A stretch of 64,000 nucleotides of DNA. Origin: an uncultured delta proteobacterium (GTDB lineage Bacteria; Desulfobacterota; Binatia; UBA9968). The stretch covers positions 128,001-192,000 of the forward strand of contig CAWDPO010000040.1 in the NCBI GenBank assembly GCA_963804165.1, read 5' to 3'. Made by a program: the position numbers and the translations under genes. Shown here in pieces: positions 29,780-40,502 of the stretch. The notes under the pieces were generated by a model. It searched no databases. It worked only from the letters and a program-made list of their open reading frames with translations, and was not told the origin of the DNA. Within the stretch, counting starts at the first letter, position 1; every line of letters starts with the position of its first letter.

Positions 29780-29946
29780 GTGCAAACCCCTTAAAAGTAA
29801 AGGCGGTTGTAGGTGAGAGTATGCGGAAACCGGACAAGCTGAAGGAAATCAACTTATGCGGAGGAATTTATCGTTCAAGTGAGTTTGCAACGACCCAGGT
29901 ATGGCGGGAAGCCAGCGATGACTCTTGCCCGCGAGCTTTTTTGTTG

Positions 29947-32900
29947 TCACGCCGTCTCGGCAGCGAACTTGGTGGGGAGATAAATCGTAAACGTCGTGCC
30001 TTTTCCCGGCTGGCTTTTAACCTCGATGCGCCCGCCGTGGTTCTTGACGATACGCTCGCAGATCGGCAGTCCTAAGCCCAGACCGGTTACTTTCCTCGCT
30101 GTATAAAACGGCTGAAAAATTTTCGGCAGGTCTTTCTCATCGATGCCTAAACCCGTGTCAGCGACGGTGATCACGACATTCTGGTTCGCCTCGATATCTT
30201 GGAGCGTGGCGCCGATTGTGAGTGTGCCGCCGCCAGGCATGGCGTCCAGCGCATTCAGATATAGATTGATCAGCACCTGTTCGAGCTGCTGCGCATCGCC
30301 ATGAATGTTGGGCAGGTGGTCGGCTGGTATTTGCCGCACCGCTTCCACTTTTTGTCTATGCAGACGACTGTTGATCATCTGCAGGCTCGTCTCGATGAGC
30401 GATGCGACATTGACCGCCTGAGGATGGGTCTCGCCCGGTCGGCTGTATTGCATCAGGCTTTGAATTAGCTTTTGACAGCGCTTGGTTTCGTCATCGATGA
30501 TCGTCAATGCCTGATGGCGTGGGTCCGAGGGATCGGTCTCGCTCAATAGATCTTCGGCAAACCCCATAATGATGCCGAGGGGATTATTAAATTCATGCGC
30601 CATCGAAGCAGTGATCTCACCGAGCGCCACCAGCCGGCCGGAGGCGATCAGTTGCTGTTCCAGCGCGCGGTTGTGTTGCCGTAGCTGCTCTTCGCTGGCG
30701 ATCAGTTCCTGCATCCGCCTGCGTTCGGTGATGTCGTCGATGGCCAGCAAGATCAGTTGATTTTGGCCGCTTTCCCGCTCGATGCGTCTGGCGTTGAGCA
30801 GCATCCTGCGCTGGCCGATGGTGGGAAATTCGTGCTCGATTTCGAAATCACTGAACCCCAGGTTCTTGGCTATGATCTGCTCGAGCAATCCGCGCAGCTT
30901 CGGGATGTTCCATTGGCCGTTGCCGAGCTCGAAGATGGAGCGGTTTTGCGTATCCGCCGGATTTGCCTGAAACGCTTGGTAAAAAGTCCGATTGGCCGAG
31001 ACTACGCGCAGGTCCTTGTCGAGGACCAGGAGCGGTTCGCGCACGGTCTCGACGATCCCTTCGGCGAAATTGCGCGCTTCCCGCATGGCGATTTCCGATT
31101 GTTTCAGCGGGCTGACGTCGTTGAAGGTCAAAACCACGCCATCGATTTTGTTGTCCGTCGTGCGATACGGCAGGCAGGTCATGGTGAACCAGCGGCCGTC
31201 GGATGCGCGCACTTCCTTCCTTAATACGGCAAGACTCCGGAGCACGTGTTTGGCATCCGCGACGAGGTCTACTCCGGCAAAGTGATGGGTCATGTTGTCA
31301 ATCGGCCGGCCCACGTCCGAAGCGATCAGGCTCATGAGGCTCGTTGCCGATGGGGTGAAGCGCTTGATGCGAAACTCGCTGTCGAGAAATATCGTCGCCA
31401 CTTCCGAAGAATTCAAAAAATTCACCAGGTCGTTATTGACTGCGGTGAGCTCTTCGACCTTCAGATTGAGCTGGCTGTTGACGGTGTTCAGTTCCTCGTT
31501 GACCGCCTGGATCTCTTCCTTGGAGGTCTCCAACTCCTCGTTGGTCGACTGCAGCTCTTCGTTGATCGAGAGAATCTCTTCGTTGGCAGCCTTGAGCTCT
31601 TCGGCCGAGGTTTCGTATTCGTCGATGGTGATCTGAAATTCGCTCTTTAAGGACTTCAATTCGGCTTCGAGTTGAGCCACCAGGGACTCATCTTCGCCAT
31701 GCTGGGTAACGCTATCGCGGCTCGGCAGCGCGCGCGGCTCTTCGCGCACATCCTCGAAGATCACCGCGTAGATCCGGTCGCCCTGTAAACGGCCGATCAC
31801 CGGCCGGATCGTGATGTTGACGGACAAGGTCGAGGCGCCGCGCTTGAGCGGGATGCGCTCCAACGTGACCGGTTCGTTATCGCTGACGATCTTGCGCAGA
31901 GCGACACGGAACTTCGCCGAAAGCATGTTTTCGAACATGTCGAGCAGATTGAGATTGGCATCGCCCGTCGGATGTTCGAGATACTTGCCGGTGGAACCGA
32001 AGAAGTGCAGTATCGCGCCATGTTCGTCGATCAGAACCATGCTCGCGTCGAAATGCTTGAGCAGCGCCTGCTGGTTCAATTCTGATAGATTGGCGTACGC
32101 GGGGGTCTGCCGTTCGCGCAGCAGAGGGCGTCCCCAAATTCTGCCGCCGAATGAAAGGGAGAAATCCGGTATGCCGGAGGCGATGGCGTTGTTGCGCCGG
32201 TAGATGCGCCATTTGGCGGCGATCGGCAGGAAAAGCGAGTTCTGCGAGGCCGTTCCATCCGATTTGCCCAAAAATAAATATCCTCCCGGGCCGAGGGCAA
32301 AGGCGAACAAGGAAATCAGTCTCCTTTGCACGGTCGGCTCGATATAGATCAAAAGGTTGCGGCAACTAATCAAATCGAGCTTCGAGAACGGCGCTTCCGT
32401 GAGCAGATTTTGCATCGAGAAGATGACCGATTCGCGGAGCCGTTTACTGACCTGGTAAGTCGAGTCTTGCTTGGTGAAAAACCGATTCATGCGCGGCTCC
32501 GAGACGTCGGCCGCGATACTGTGCGGATAAGTTCCTTCCCGGGCGAACTTCAGTGCCTCGCCGTCGACATCCGAAGCGAAAATTTGCAGCGGGCAATTCT
32601 TGTTTGCCGCTTCGAGCTGTTCCAATAGCAAGATCGCGATCGAATACGCTTCCTCGCCGGTCGAGCAACCGGGAATCCAGGCGCGGATCGAGCTGCCGTC
32701 GGCTCGTTCCTGAACCAGCGGCGCAATGACGGCGCGCCGCAGCTCCTCGAAGGCCTCAGGGTCGCGGAAAAAACTGCTGACGCCGATCAGCATGTCCTTT
32801 GCCAGATCGTCGACTTCCGCCGGGTTGGCTTGCAGAAAGCGTAGATAGTCGGAGAGCGAAGTGAGATTATTGATGCCCATGCGCCGCTCAGCGCGGCGCA

Positions 32901-33591
32901 GCAGCGTGGTTTTCTTGTAGGCGCTTAAATCGTTGGCGCTTCGCATGGCCAACACATCAAGGATGGCATCGAGCAGCTCGAGCTTTTCGCGATCGTCGGA
33001 GGTGTCGATGGCGCGGCCTTGCGGCGTGTACCGTTGAATGGCCTCAGGAATCTCGCGCAATGGCAGGACGCAATCGACCATCCCGGTGGCGATGGCGCTC
33101 TTGACCATGGCATCAAATTGAGCCGTCTCGGGTTGTTGCACGATGGTCAGGCCGCCGGCGGCTCGGACCTCGCGCAGGCCCAACGTGCCGTCGGATCCAC
33201 TGCCGGAAAAAATCACGCAGACCGCTCTTTCGCGCTGATCCTCTGCCAAAGAGCGGAAAAAAAAGTCGATCGGCATGCGCATGCCGTCGCGCCGCTCCAA
33301 TTCGGTGAGATAGAGGCGGCCGTTGTGGATCTTGAGAAACTTATTCGGCGGGATCGTATAGACGCAATCGGCGGCGAGCGTCACGCCATCCTTGGCCTGG
33401 ATGACTTTCATCACGGTGTGCTTGGCCAGGATATCGGCCATGTAGCTTGCGTGATGCGGGTCCAGGTGTTGGATCACCACGAAAGCATGGCCGCCGTCTG
33501 CGGGCATGGTCGTGAAAAACTCTTTCAAGGCATCCAGACCACCCGCGGATGCGCCGATGCCGACGACGATCAAATTCGAATCACTCGCCAC
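29947..33591 (-). CDS. CheB-CheR-PAS-histidine kinase fusion
   Basis: CheB GASAGG/QHL/GSDG; CheR GCSTGEE and ISCRNLLIY; EELQSTNEEL coiled coil; PAS; AHEFNNPL and HATPase boxes. Confidence 0.93.
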   Translation of the reverse strand: MASDSNLIVVGIGASAGGLDALKEFFTTMPADGGHAFVVIQHLDPHHASYMADILAKHTVMKVIQAKDGVTLAADCVYTIPPNKFLKIHNGRLYLTELERRDGMRMPIDFFFRSLAEDQRERAVCVIFSGSGSDGTLGLREVRAAGGLTIVQQPETAQFDAMVKSAIATGMVDCVLPLREIPEAIQRYTPQGRAIDTSDDREKLELLDAILDVLAMRSANDLSAYKKTTLLRRAERRMGINNLTSLSDYLRFLQANPAEVDDLAKDMLIGVSSFFRDPEAFEELRRAVIAPLVQERADGSSIRAWIPGCSTGEEAYSIAILLLEQLEAANKNCPLQIFASDVDGEALKFAREGTYPHSIAADVSEPRMNRFFTKQDSTYQVSKRLRESVIFSMQNLLTEAPFSKLDLISCRNLLIYIEPTVQRRLISLFAFALGPGGYLFLGKSDGTASQNSLFLPIAAKWRIYRRNNAIASGIPDFSLSFGGRIWGRPLLRERQTPAYANLSELNQQALLKHFDASMVLIDEHGAILHFFGSTGKYLEHPTGDANLNLLDMFENMLSAKFRVALRKIVSDNEPVTLERIPLKRGASTLSVNITIRPVIGRLQGDRIYAVIFEDVREEPRALPSRDSVTQHGEDESLVAQLEAELKSLKSEFQITIDEYETSAEELKAANEEILSINEELQSTNEELETSKEEIQAVNEELNTVNSQLNLKVEELTAVNNDLVNFLNSSEVATIFLDSEFRIKRFTPSATSLMSLIASDVGRPIDNMTHHFAGVDLVADAKHVLRSLAVLRKEVRASDGRWFTMTCLPYRTTDNKIDGVVLTFNDVSPLKQSEIAMREARNFAEGIVETVREPLLVLDKDLRVVSANRTFYQAFQANPADTQNRSIFELGNGQWNIPKLRGLLEQIIAKNLGFSDFEIEHEFPTIGQRRMLLNARRIERESGQNQLILLAIDDITERRRMQELIASEEQLRQHNRALEQQLIASGRLVALGEITASMAHEFNNPLGIIMGFAEDLLSETDPSDPRHQALTIIDDETKRCQKLIQSLMQYSRPGETHPQAVNVASLIETSLQMINSRLHRQKVEAVRQIPADHLPNIHGDAQQLEQVLINLYLNALDAMPGGGTLTIGATLQDIEANQNVVITVADTGLGIDEKDLPKIFQPFYTARKVTGLGLGLPICERIVKNHGGRIEVKSQPGKGTTFTIYLPTKFAAETA

Positions 33592-33652
33592 GTCTCACTC
33601 CAAGCAAAGTGCCGCTAGAAGCTGTAGCCGAAGTCCCCGCCCTCCCAATTGC

Positions 33653-35491
33653 TCACTTTACTTGCGCACCGTCAATCACTCCTTCCCCCGGGTTAGGCGC
33701 CGCCGGGAGATGGATTTCAAAGGTCGTTCCCAGGCCCGGCCGGCTTTGGATTTTGATCTCGCCGCCGTGATTTTTGACGATGCGTTCGCAGATCGGTAGC
33801 CCCAAGCCCAAGCCGCGGCGTTTCTTGGCGGTATAGAACGGCTGAAAAATTTTGCCCATTGCGGATTTCTCGATGCCGACGCCGGTATCGCTCACCGAGA
33901 TGATCAGCGCTCGATCAGTGGTTTCGGCCGTCCGCGCCGAGACGCTGAGCTTGCCGCCGTCGGGCATGGCATCGATGGCGTTTAAGTAGAGATTCACCAT
34001 GACTTGCGTCAGCTGTTGGGAGTCGGCATGGATCGGCGGCAGGAGTGGATCGGCGTCCTTCACGACCTCCACCTTTTGCTTGTAACAGTGGGCCTCGACG
34101 AGCTCCAAAGTCTTTTCGATCATGCTCGGGACGTCGATCATGGACTTAGCCACGTTTCGCGGCCGGGAATATTCCAGCAGGTCTTCGACGATTTTTTTGC
34201 AGCGCTTGGACTCCTCATTGATGATCTGCAGCGAGCGGTATTCCGTATTGGCCGGGTTGGTGTTGGCGAGCATGTCCTCGACAAAACCGATGATGATGCC
34301 GATCGGATTGTTAAACTCGTGCGCCATCGACGCGGTCACTTCACCGAGTGAAACCAGCCGTCCTGAGGCGATCAGCTGTTGCTCCAGCTCGTTGGCCTGA
34401 TTGCGCAGCCTCTGCTCGCTCTCGCGCAAATCCTCCTGGATTCTTGCCGCCTCGATCGTTTCCGCGGCATAGCGGGCGCATAGATCAGCGACCTGCAACT
34501 CGCGCGGGCCCGGACGTCGCGGTCTCTTAAAATAAACCGAGATGACGCCGAGCGCATCGCCGCTCCGAGTGAGTATGGGTACGCTATGCACAGCGCGGAA
34601 ACCACTGGCTCGTCCGGTTTCGAGAAAGTCTTCAAAGCGCGGGTCCGACTCGAGATCCTCAACGACTGCGCGCGTGCGTGTTGCAAACGCGTAGCTCGAC
34701 ACACTGACGTTCGGCTGGGCTATCATCCGGCTGAGATTTGACTTTGCGTCTTTGTTGAAACTCACGCTGGCGATAATGCCAAGAGATCCGGAATTCCGGT
34801 CGTACAGCGAGATCAGCCCGTATTGAGCGTCGTGAATTTCTACCAATGCTTCGAGAATGGCCTGGAGCCCGGCGTTAAGCTCGAGCGGTCCGGCGAGCGA
34901 TAACGCCAGTTGGTGCAGGCGGGTCAGCGCTTCGACCTGCAGGGTCAAATCATTCTTGGTTTCGGCAAGCTCGCTCTCGGCCTGCTTACGGTCGGTGATG
35001 TCGACCAACATGTTGATCGCGCCGATGATGGCGCCGGAAGCGTCGCGCAACAGGCGCGGATGGGCGAGAATATTGCGCCGGGAGCCGTCCTCGCCCTCGA
35101 CCAGGATTTCTGCGCCGTTGATTACTCTGCCTTCTTTGAGCGCCAGCGCCATGGGACATTGGTCATGCGGCAGAAACGTGCCGTCGGGCCGATAGATGCG
35201 GTACGAGCCGCACCATTGGTCCTCGCCGATTTTCGGCGCGCGGCCCCATAAGTCGGCGGCCGCGGCGTTGAATAGCGTGATGCGTCCCTCAGCGTCGGTG
35301 GTGTAGATCGCCGCCGGCAGCTCGTGCACGAGTTGACGGTAACGCTTGGCGCTCTCGCTCATTTCCTGGTTGGCTTCGCTGGTGAGCCCGACGTTGTCGA
35401 TGGCGAGCGCCGCATCGCCGTCGAGTTCCCTCGGAAAAAAAGTTTCCTGGGGTGTCGCTATTTCGGGCCACTGGGCCTCTGGGTTCCTCAT
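33653..35491 (-). CDS. PAS-GAF histidine kinase
   Basis: PAS (YTTDAEGRI, DITDRK), GAF, AHEFNNPI, NAIDAM, GLGLGL; start at ATG 35491 after gaagga. Confidence 0.92.
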   Translation of the reverse strand: MRNPEAQWPEIATPQETFFPRELDGDAALAIDNVGLTSEANQEMSESAKRYRQLVHELPAAIYTTDAEGRITLFNAAAADLWGRAPKIGEDQWCGSYRIYRPDGTFLPHDQCPMALALKEGRVINGAEILVEGEDGSRRNILAHPRLLRDASGAIIGAINMLVDITDRKQAESELAETKNDLTLQVEALTRLHQLALSLAGPLELNAGLQAILEALVEIHDAQYGLISLYDRNSGSLGIIASVSFNKDAKSNLSRMIAQPNVSVSSYAFATRTRAVVEDLESDPRFEDFLETGRASGFRAVHSVPILTRSGDALGVISVYFKRPRRPGPRELQVADLCARYAAETIEAARIQEDLRESEQRLRNQANELEQQLIASGRLVSLGEVTASMAHEFNNPIGIIIGFVEDMLANTNPANTEYRSLQIINEESKRCKKIVEDLLEYSRPRNVAKSMIDVPSMIEKTLELVEAHCYKQKVEVVKDADPLLPPIHADSQQLTQVMVNLYLNAIDAMPDGGKLSVSARTAETTDRALIISVSDTGVGIEKSAMGKIFQPFYTAKKRRGLGLGLPICERIVKNHGGEIKIQSRPGLGTTFEIHLPAAPNPGEGVIDGAQVK

Positions 35492-35501
35492 GATGGTCCT
35501 T

Positions 35502-37970
35502 CTAACCTTTCGCCGTGTCGGACGCTCTCCGTTCATCACGCGAGCGACGATTTACAGGTAAGTGAATTTCGAAGGTGGTTCCTTGGCCCGGCCGGCTCGC
35601 CACTTTGATTTCGCCGCCGTGGTTCTTGACGATCCGTTCGCAAATGGGCAGTCCAAGGCCCAAACCGCGGCGTTTCTTGGCGGTGTAAAACGGCTGAAAA
35701 ATTTTATCTATTTCCACCTTGTCGATACCCACGCCGGTATCGGCGACAGCAATGATCACCGTCGATTTGTCCTGATCGGCGGCTCTCGCACCGACGCGCA
35801 GCGTGCCGCCGCTAGGCATGGCGTCGATGGCGTTTAAGTGCAGATTGACCAAAACTTGCGCCAACTGCTGGGAGTCGGCGTAAATCCTTGGCAGCGGAGC
35901 CGCCGTTTCGTTCACGGTTTCGATTTTTTGCTTATAGAGATGAGTCTCGACCAATTTTAGCGCCCTTTCAATAACACCCTGAACATCGATCATGGACATT
36001 TCCGCGCTTCGCGGCCGGGCGTATTCCATCAGATCCTCGACGATTTTTTTGCAACGCTGCGCTTCGTCGTTAATGATCTTCAAACCCCGATGCTCGGGAT
36101 CGGAAGGCTTGGCATTACCGAGCATATCCTCGACAAAGCCGATGATGATGCCCAGCGGATTGTTGAATTCGTGCGCCATCGACGCGGTCACCTGGCCGAG
36201 CGAAACCAACCGCCCCGACGCGATCAGCTGCTGCTCGAGTTCCATGGCTTGATCGCGCAGCTTCTGCTCGTTTTCGCGCAGCGCCATTTCCGCGCGCTTG
36301 CGGTCGGTGATGTCATGGTTGGTTTCAATGATGATCGGCGGCTTGTCTTGTGGGCGCCACAGCAACATGCGGCTCTCGACGAATATTTCCTTGCCATCCT
36401 TGGTGCGATGGCGCAGCTCGCCGTTCCAGACGGTGCCGTCTTGCAGAACACGTTTCACCGCCTCGATTCCGCCGGGACATTCGGTTTGCAATAAGATCGG
36501 CGGTACTTGACCCATGGCTTCCTCGCGGGTAAAGCCGTAGAGCCGTTCGGCGCCCCGGTTCCAATTCAGGATGCCGCCATCGAACTCCCATTGGATGATG
36601 GCATCATGGGTTTCTTCGAGCATCTGCGCCTGCTGGCGGGCGAGCTGGCGAATGCGCACGCGATTGCCGATGTCGAGATTGATGCCGACCCACGCGGTAA
36701 TTTTCCCGGCTTGGTCCTTGATCGGCACGCCGCGCACCAAGATCGGATGCCACTCGCCGTCGACCCCCTTGATCCGGTGCTCGCGCTCGAAAAAAGTGCC
36801 GGCGCGCAGGCATTCTTGCCATCGGGTCCTCGTCTCGGCGGCGTCATCCGGATGGAGCACATCGGTCCAACCGAGCTCGGAGTACTGCGCTAGAGTTAAA
36901 CCGGTCAGGGCCAGAAACGAGTCGCTGGCGTAAGTGTCGCGGCCCTCGGCGTCCGCGATCCAGATCCCATAGGGAATCGAATCGCCGATCGCGCGATAAA
37001 ACTCGCCGGTTTGACGCAAGGCTTCCTCGGCTGCTTTGCGATCGGTGATGTCGATGATCATGCCGGCGGTGTACTTAATCGCGCCCTGTTGATCGCGAAG
37101 GTGAGTACCGAGCAGTTTTGCCCACACCACCGAGCCGTCCTTGTGCTGGTAGCGCTTCTCCGACGCATAAAAAGGCGCGTTCTGATCGCGCGCGCCGCGT
37201 GCCAGGGCGAGTATCGCTTCGGTGTTTTCATCGGGAGGGGTAATGTCTTTCCAGGTTTTTTGCAGCAGTTCTTCGGCAGGGTAGCCGGTGATGTCGCAAT
37301 ACGCGCCGTTGACGCTCACGAAACGGCCGTCTTGCGGATCGCAGAGCGCGACCCCCACGGCCGCTTGCTCGAAAATCGCGCGAAAACGTTCTTCGCTCTC
37401 GCGCAGCTTTTCCTCGGCGCGGATCCGTTCAAGAGCGTCGTTAGCGTGGACAAGATAGAGATCGAGCGTGCTGAGCACGTGTCCGCTTGGCTGGTGCGGC
37501 TCGCGAAAGTACGTCGACACGACGCCCAACAGCCCGCCGCTGCGGCTCACCAGGGCAACTGATTGCATGGCGCGAAAGCCAACCGATTTCGCAAAGGCGC
37601 GATCGTACGCAAATTCTGGATCGAGATCCACGTCTTCGATGATGACTCTCCCGCCGGCCAAGGCGCGCGTGCAAGCCGAGCTGTCGTGCACCGACACGGC
37701 TTGGAAGTGATCGAGAGACGCTTGGTCAAAGCCGCGTTGGGAAGCGACCGCCAGCACTTTACGCGCGTCGTCATAGATTTGCACCATACCCATTGGCGCT
37801 CCGACGATCTCCATGCACCCGTCGAGAATCTGCTCGAATGCGGTGTGCAGATCGGTCAGCCGTAAAAGCTGCGTGCTGAGCCGATACAAGTTGTTGATCG
37901 CGCTCATCTCGGCAGCGAGATCTCCTTCTCGCTGGGCCATTCGCTCATGGTGTCGATTTCGGTCGTTCAC
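35502..37970 (-). CDS. GAF-PAS-PAS-PAS histidine kinase
   Basis: N-terminal GAF, three PAS/PAC units (DITDRK, HPDD), AHEFNNPL, HATPase. Confidence 0.93.
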   Translation of the reverse strand: MNDRNRHHERMAQREGDLAAEMSAINNLYRLSTQLLRLTDLHTAFEQILDGCMEIVGAPMGMVQIYDDARKVLAVASQRGFDQASLDHFQAVSVHDSSACTRALAGGRVIIEDVDLDPEFAYDRAFAKSVGFRAMQSVALVSRSGGLLGVVSTYFREPHQPSGHVLSTLDLYLVHANDALERIRAEEKLRESEERFRAIFEQAAVGVALCDPQDGRFVSVNGAYCDITGYPAEELLQKTWKDITPPDENTEAILALARGARDQNAPFYASEKRYQHKDGSVVWAKLLGTHLRDQQGAIKYTAGMIIDITDRKAAEEALRQTGEFYRAIGDSIPYGIWIADAEGRDTYASDSFLALTGLTLAQYSELGWTDVLHPDDAAETRTRWQECLRAGTFFEREHRIKGVDGEWHPILVRGVPIKDQAGKITAWVGINLDIGNRVRIRQLARQQAQMLEETHDAIIQWEFDGGILNWNRGAERLYGFTREEAMGQVPPILLQTECPGGIEAVKRVLQDGTVWNGELRHRTKDGKEIFVESRMLLWRPQDKPPIIIETNHDITDRKRAEMALRENEQKLRDQAMELEQQLIASGRLVSLGQVTASMAHEFNNPLGIIIGFVEDMLGNAKPSDPEHRGLKIINDEAQRCKKIVEDLMEYARPRSAEMSMIDVQGVIERALKLVETHLYKQKIETVNETAAPLPRIYADSQQLAQVLVNLHLNAIDAMPSGGTLRVGARAADQDKSTVIIAVADTGVGIDKVEIDKIFQPFYTAKKRRGLGLGLPICERIVKNHGGEIKVASRPGQGTTFEIHLPVNRRSRDERRASDTAKG

Positions 37971-38143
37971 GGCTTCAGCTCTCCCCGGCGCAACGGCGAT
38001 TCAGTTGGTCCAACAATAGGCGACAAATTGTTTGCACTCGGGTTTTCATCTTGCGGTCGGTGGTTAATCGCGTGATGAGTTGCGGCGCCGGATGCGGCAG
38101 GAGAGGATTCCCGGCATTCGGTGCCGTGAGAGCGCGGTAAGCT

Positions 38144-39802
38144 TCATGCCGAGCGATAATTTATCGGCAGCAGGATGCGAAAGATCGTCCCCTGGTTGAG
38201 CTGGCTCTCCACCTCGATCCTGCCGCCGTGATTTTTGATAATGCGATCGCTGATGGAAAGTCCCAAGCCGAGTCCGGCTTTCTTGCGCGCGGTAAAGAAG
38301 GGCTGAAAGATCTTTTGCAAGTCGTTGGGCTCGATGCCCATGCCGGTGTCGGCGATGGTCATCATGATCATCGGTTCCGGATTGCCCGCCTTCAGCGCCG
38401 CCGCCACCATGAGATTGCCGCCGCCGAGCATGGCGTCGAGAGCGTTTAAATAGAGATTGACCAGCACTTGCTCCAGTTGTTGAGAATCGACGTGAATCTG
38501 CGGCAAGTCCGGCGCGATCGCTTTCGTCACCGCGACCTTCTGCTTATACAAACGGGTGTCGATCATTTGCAGGGTTTTGGCGATAAGACTGCCGATGTCG
38601 GTCAAGCGCGGGCTGGTATTGACGGGCCGGGCGAACTCCATCAGATCTTGGATAATCTTCTGGCAACGTTTGGATTCCTCGTCGATGATCTGCAGCGATT
38701 GATACTCCGGGTTCGCCGGATCCGCGTTGCTCAGCATGTCTTCGACAAAGCCCATGATAATGCCCAGGGGATTATTGAACTCGTGCGCCATGGAAGCAGT
38801 GATTTCGCCGAGCGAGACCAAGCGTCCCGAGGCGATCAGCTGCTGCTCCAGCTGCTGCGCTTGGTCGCGTAGTCTTTGTTCATTGGCGCGCAGCGTCTCT
38901 TCGGCCTCTTTGAGCTTGCTGATGTCGCTGAAGACAAAAACGCACCCCAACACGCCGCCCTGAAAATCATGCAGCGAGCTGGCGCTCATGAGGAAGTCGC
39001 ACGCTTTGCCGTTCTGCCGGCGCAAGCGGACTTCGATCCCGTGGACCTTTTTGCCGCCGAGGCAAGTGCTCAGGTGCGATGATCCATCGGCACTCTCATC
39101 CCGGGAACAACTCGCGCTCGTACCATTGGCTCGAATGATCGGAAAGGCTTCATCCACCTGCTCGCGCAGCACGTTTCGGCCTAGGAACTCATGGGTCGCT
39201 CGGCTCGCTTCGATGATAGTCCCGGAGTCGTCGCAGACGACGATGATTTCGCCCGCCTGCTCGAGAATCGAATGAGCCAACGTGCCCGAGGCCAGGATTT
39301 CTTCATTGCGCTTCTGTTCGGTCAAGTCCGTAACCACGACGCACAGACATGGGGTTTGCTCGATATGGAGCGGATTTACCGAGTAGTAGGTCGGCACCAG
39401 GGTACCGTCGGCCGCGGAGAGGCTGATCTCACCTTTGGCGCCGCCCTCCTGCGCCTGGCGGAGCAGGGCTTGAAACGCCTCCTGATTTCCCGGCGTGACA
39501 AATTTATCGAATGGCATGCCGATGATTTGTTCATGCGGCAATTTCACCAATGCGGCAAAGCGTTTATTGCAATAAAGAATCGGTCCGTCGGGCAGAAGCG
39601 TGAGCGCGCCTTCGTTCATCTCCTGGAGCAGCACGCGGGACGGATAATCGGCCCCCTGCAGAGTATAAATCTGCTCGGTGTCGGATTCGGTGATCACCAG
39701 CGCGTCGACTTCGCCGCGGCGAATGGCATCTAGTGTTGCCTCCGCCTCGCTTAGCCGGGCGCGCAGCTCGGCCACTTCCGATTGCCGTTCGAGTTTACTC
39801 AT
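38144..39802 (-). CDS. KaiB-linked PAS-PAS histidine kinase
   Basis: N-terminal LRARLSEAEATLDAIRRGEVDALV coiled coil, MNEGALTL PAS, AHEFNNPL; directly downstream of kaiB. Confidence 0.92.
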   Translation of the reverse strand: MSKLERQSEVAELRARLSEAEATLDAIRRGEVDALVITESDTEQIYTLQGADYPSRVLLQEMNEGALTLLPDGPILYCNKRFAALVKLPHEQIIGMPFDKFVTPGNQEAFQALLRQAQEGGAKGEISLSAADGTLVPTYYSVNPLHIEQTPCLCVVVTDLTEQKRNEEILASGTLAHSILEQAGEIIVVCDDSGTIIEASRATHEFLGRNVLREQVDEAFPIIRANGTSASCSRDESADGSSHLSTCLGGKKVHGIEVRLRRQNGKACDFLMSASSLHDFQGGVLGCVFVFSDISKLKEAEETLRANEQRLRDQAQQLEQQLIASGRLVSLGEITASMAHEFNNPLGIIMGFVEDMLSNADPANPEYQSLQIIDEESKRCQKIIQDLMEFARPVNTSPRLTDIGSLIAKTLQMIDTRLYKQKVAVTKAIAPDLPQIHVDSQQLEQVLVNLYLNALDAMLGGGNLMVAAALKAGNPEPMIMMTIADTGMGIEPNDLQKIFQPFFTARKKAGLGLGLSISDRIIKNHGGRIEVESQLNQGTIFRILLPINYRSA

Positions 39803-39812
39803 CGCGCGTTCT

Positions 39813-40163
39813 CTAGGCCGCCGGCTCGCTGGGAGCGATCTCCATGCCGACGATCACCCGCTCGGTGTCCGATAAATCGCCGATGAATCGGCGCAAAGGC
39901 AGCGGCAACTTTTTGACCAGCGTCGGCGCCGCGACAATCTGCTCGCCCTTGGCGAGCGCCGGGTTCTGGTAGATATCGATGACCTCCAGATCATAGCGGC
40001 CGTTCAAGTTATGCTCGCAAATCTGTTTGATATTGGCGACGGCGCGGCTCGAACGTGGCGTCATTCCGGCGATATACAAGCGCAGAACGAATTTTTCCTT
40101 CGACTGGTTTTCCAGACGCGACTCGAGTCTCACTACCGTCGAGCCTTTCATTTGTTTGGTCAT
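39813..40163 (-). CDS. kaiB: KaiB family protein
   Basis: LRLYIAGMTPRS, VIDI, IVAAPTLVKKLPLPLRRFIGDLS. Confidence 0.95.
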   Translation of the reverse strand: MTKQMKGSTVVRLESRLENQSKEKFVLRLYIAGMTPRSSRAVANIKQICEHNLNGRYDLEVIDIYQNPALAKGEQIVAAPTLVKKLPLPLRRFIGDLSDTERVIVGMEIAPSEPAA

Positions 40164-40184
40164 TGGCTTTCCTTGTGGTATTTC

Positions 40185-40502
40185 CTAGGTTCGGCCGCGT
40201 AAATCCAGGCCGACCAAAACTTTTTCGGTGTTGGACAGATCGCCGATAATCTTGCGCATGGGCGCGGGCAGATTTCTCACCAGCGTCGGCACCGCGAGAA
40301 TCTGGTCGCCGCGGGCGAGCTGGGGATTTTCCAGCAAATCAATGACGTCGATGCGATATTTATTGCGCAAATGTTCGGCACAGATCTTCTTGAGATTCGA
40401 GAATGCGGTGAGCGACTTGGGCGTCTGGCCGGCCACATACAAGCGCAATACCCATTGATCATCTTGAGCTTCGGAAGGCTTAACGGTCTTTGCCAGAACC
40501 AT
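40185..40502 (-). CDS. kaiB: KaiB family protein
   Basis: [35 protein letters not shown]. Confidence 0.95.
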   Translation of the reverse strand: MVLAKTVKPSEAQDDQWVLRLYVAGQTPKSLTAFSNLKKICAEHLRNKYRIDVIDLLENPQLARGDQILAVPTLVRNLPAPMRKIIGDLSNTEKVLVGLDLRGRT

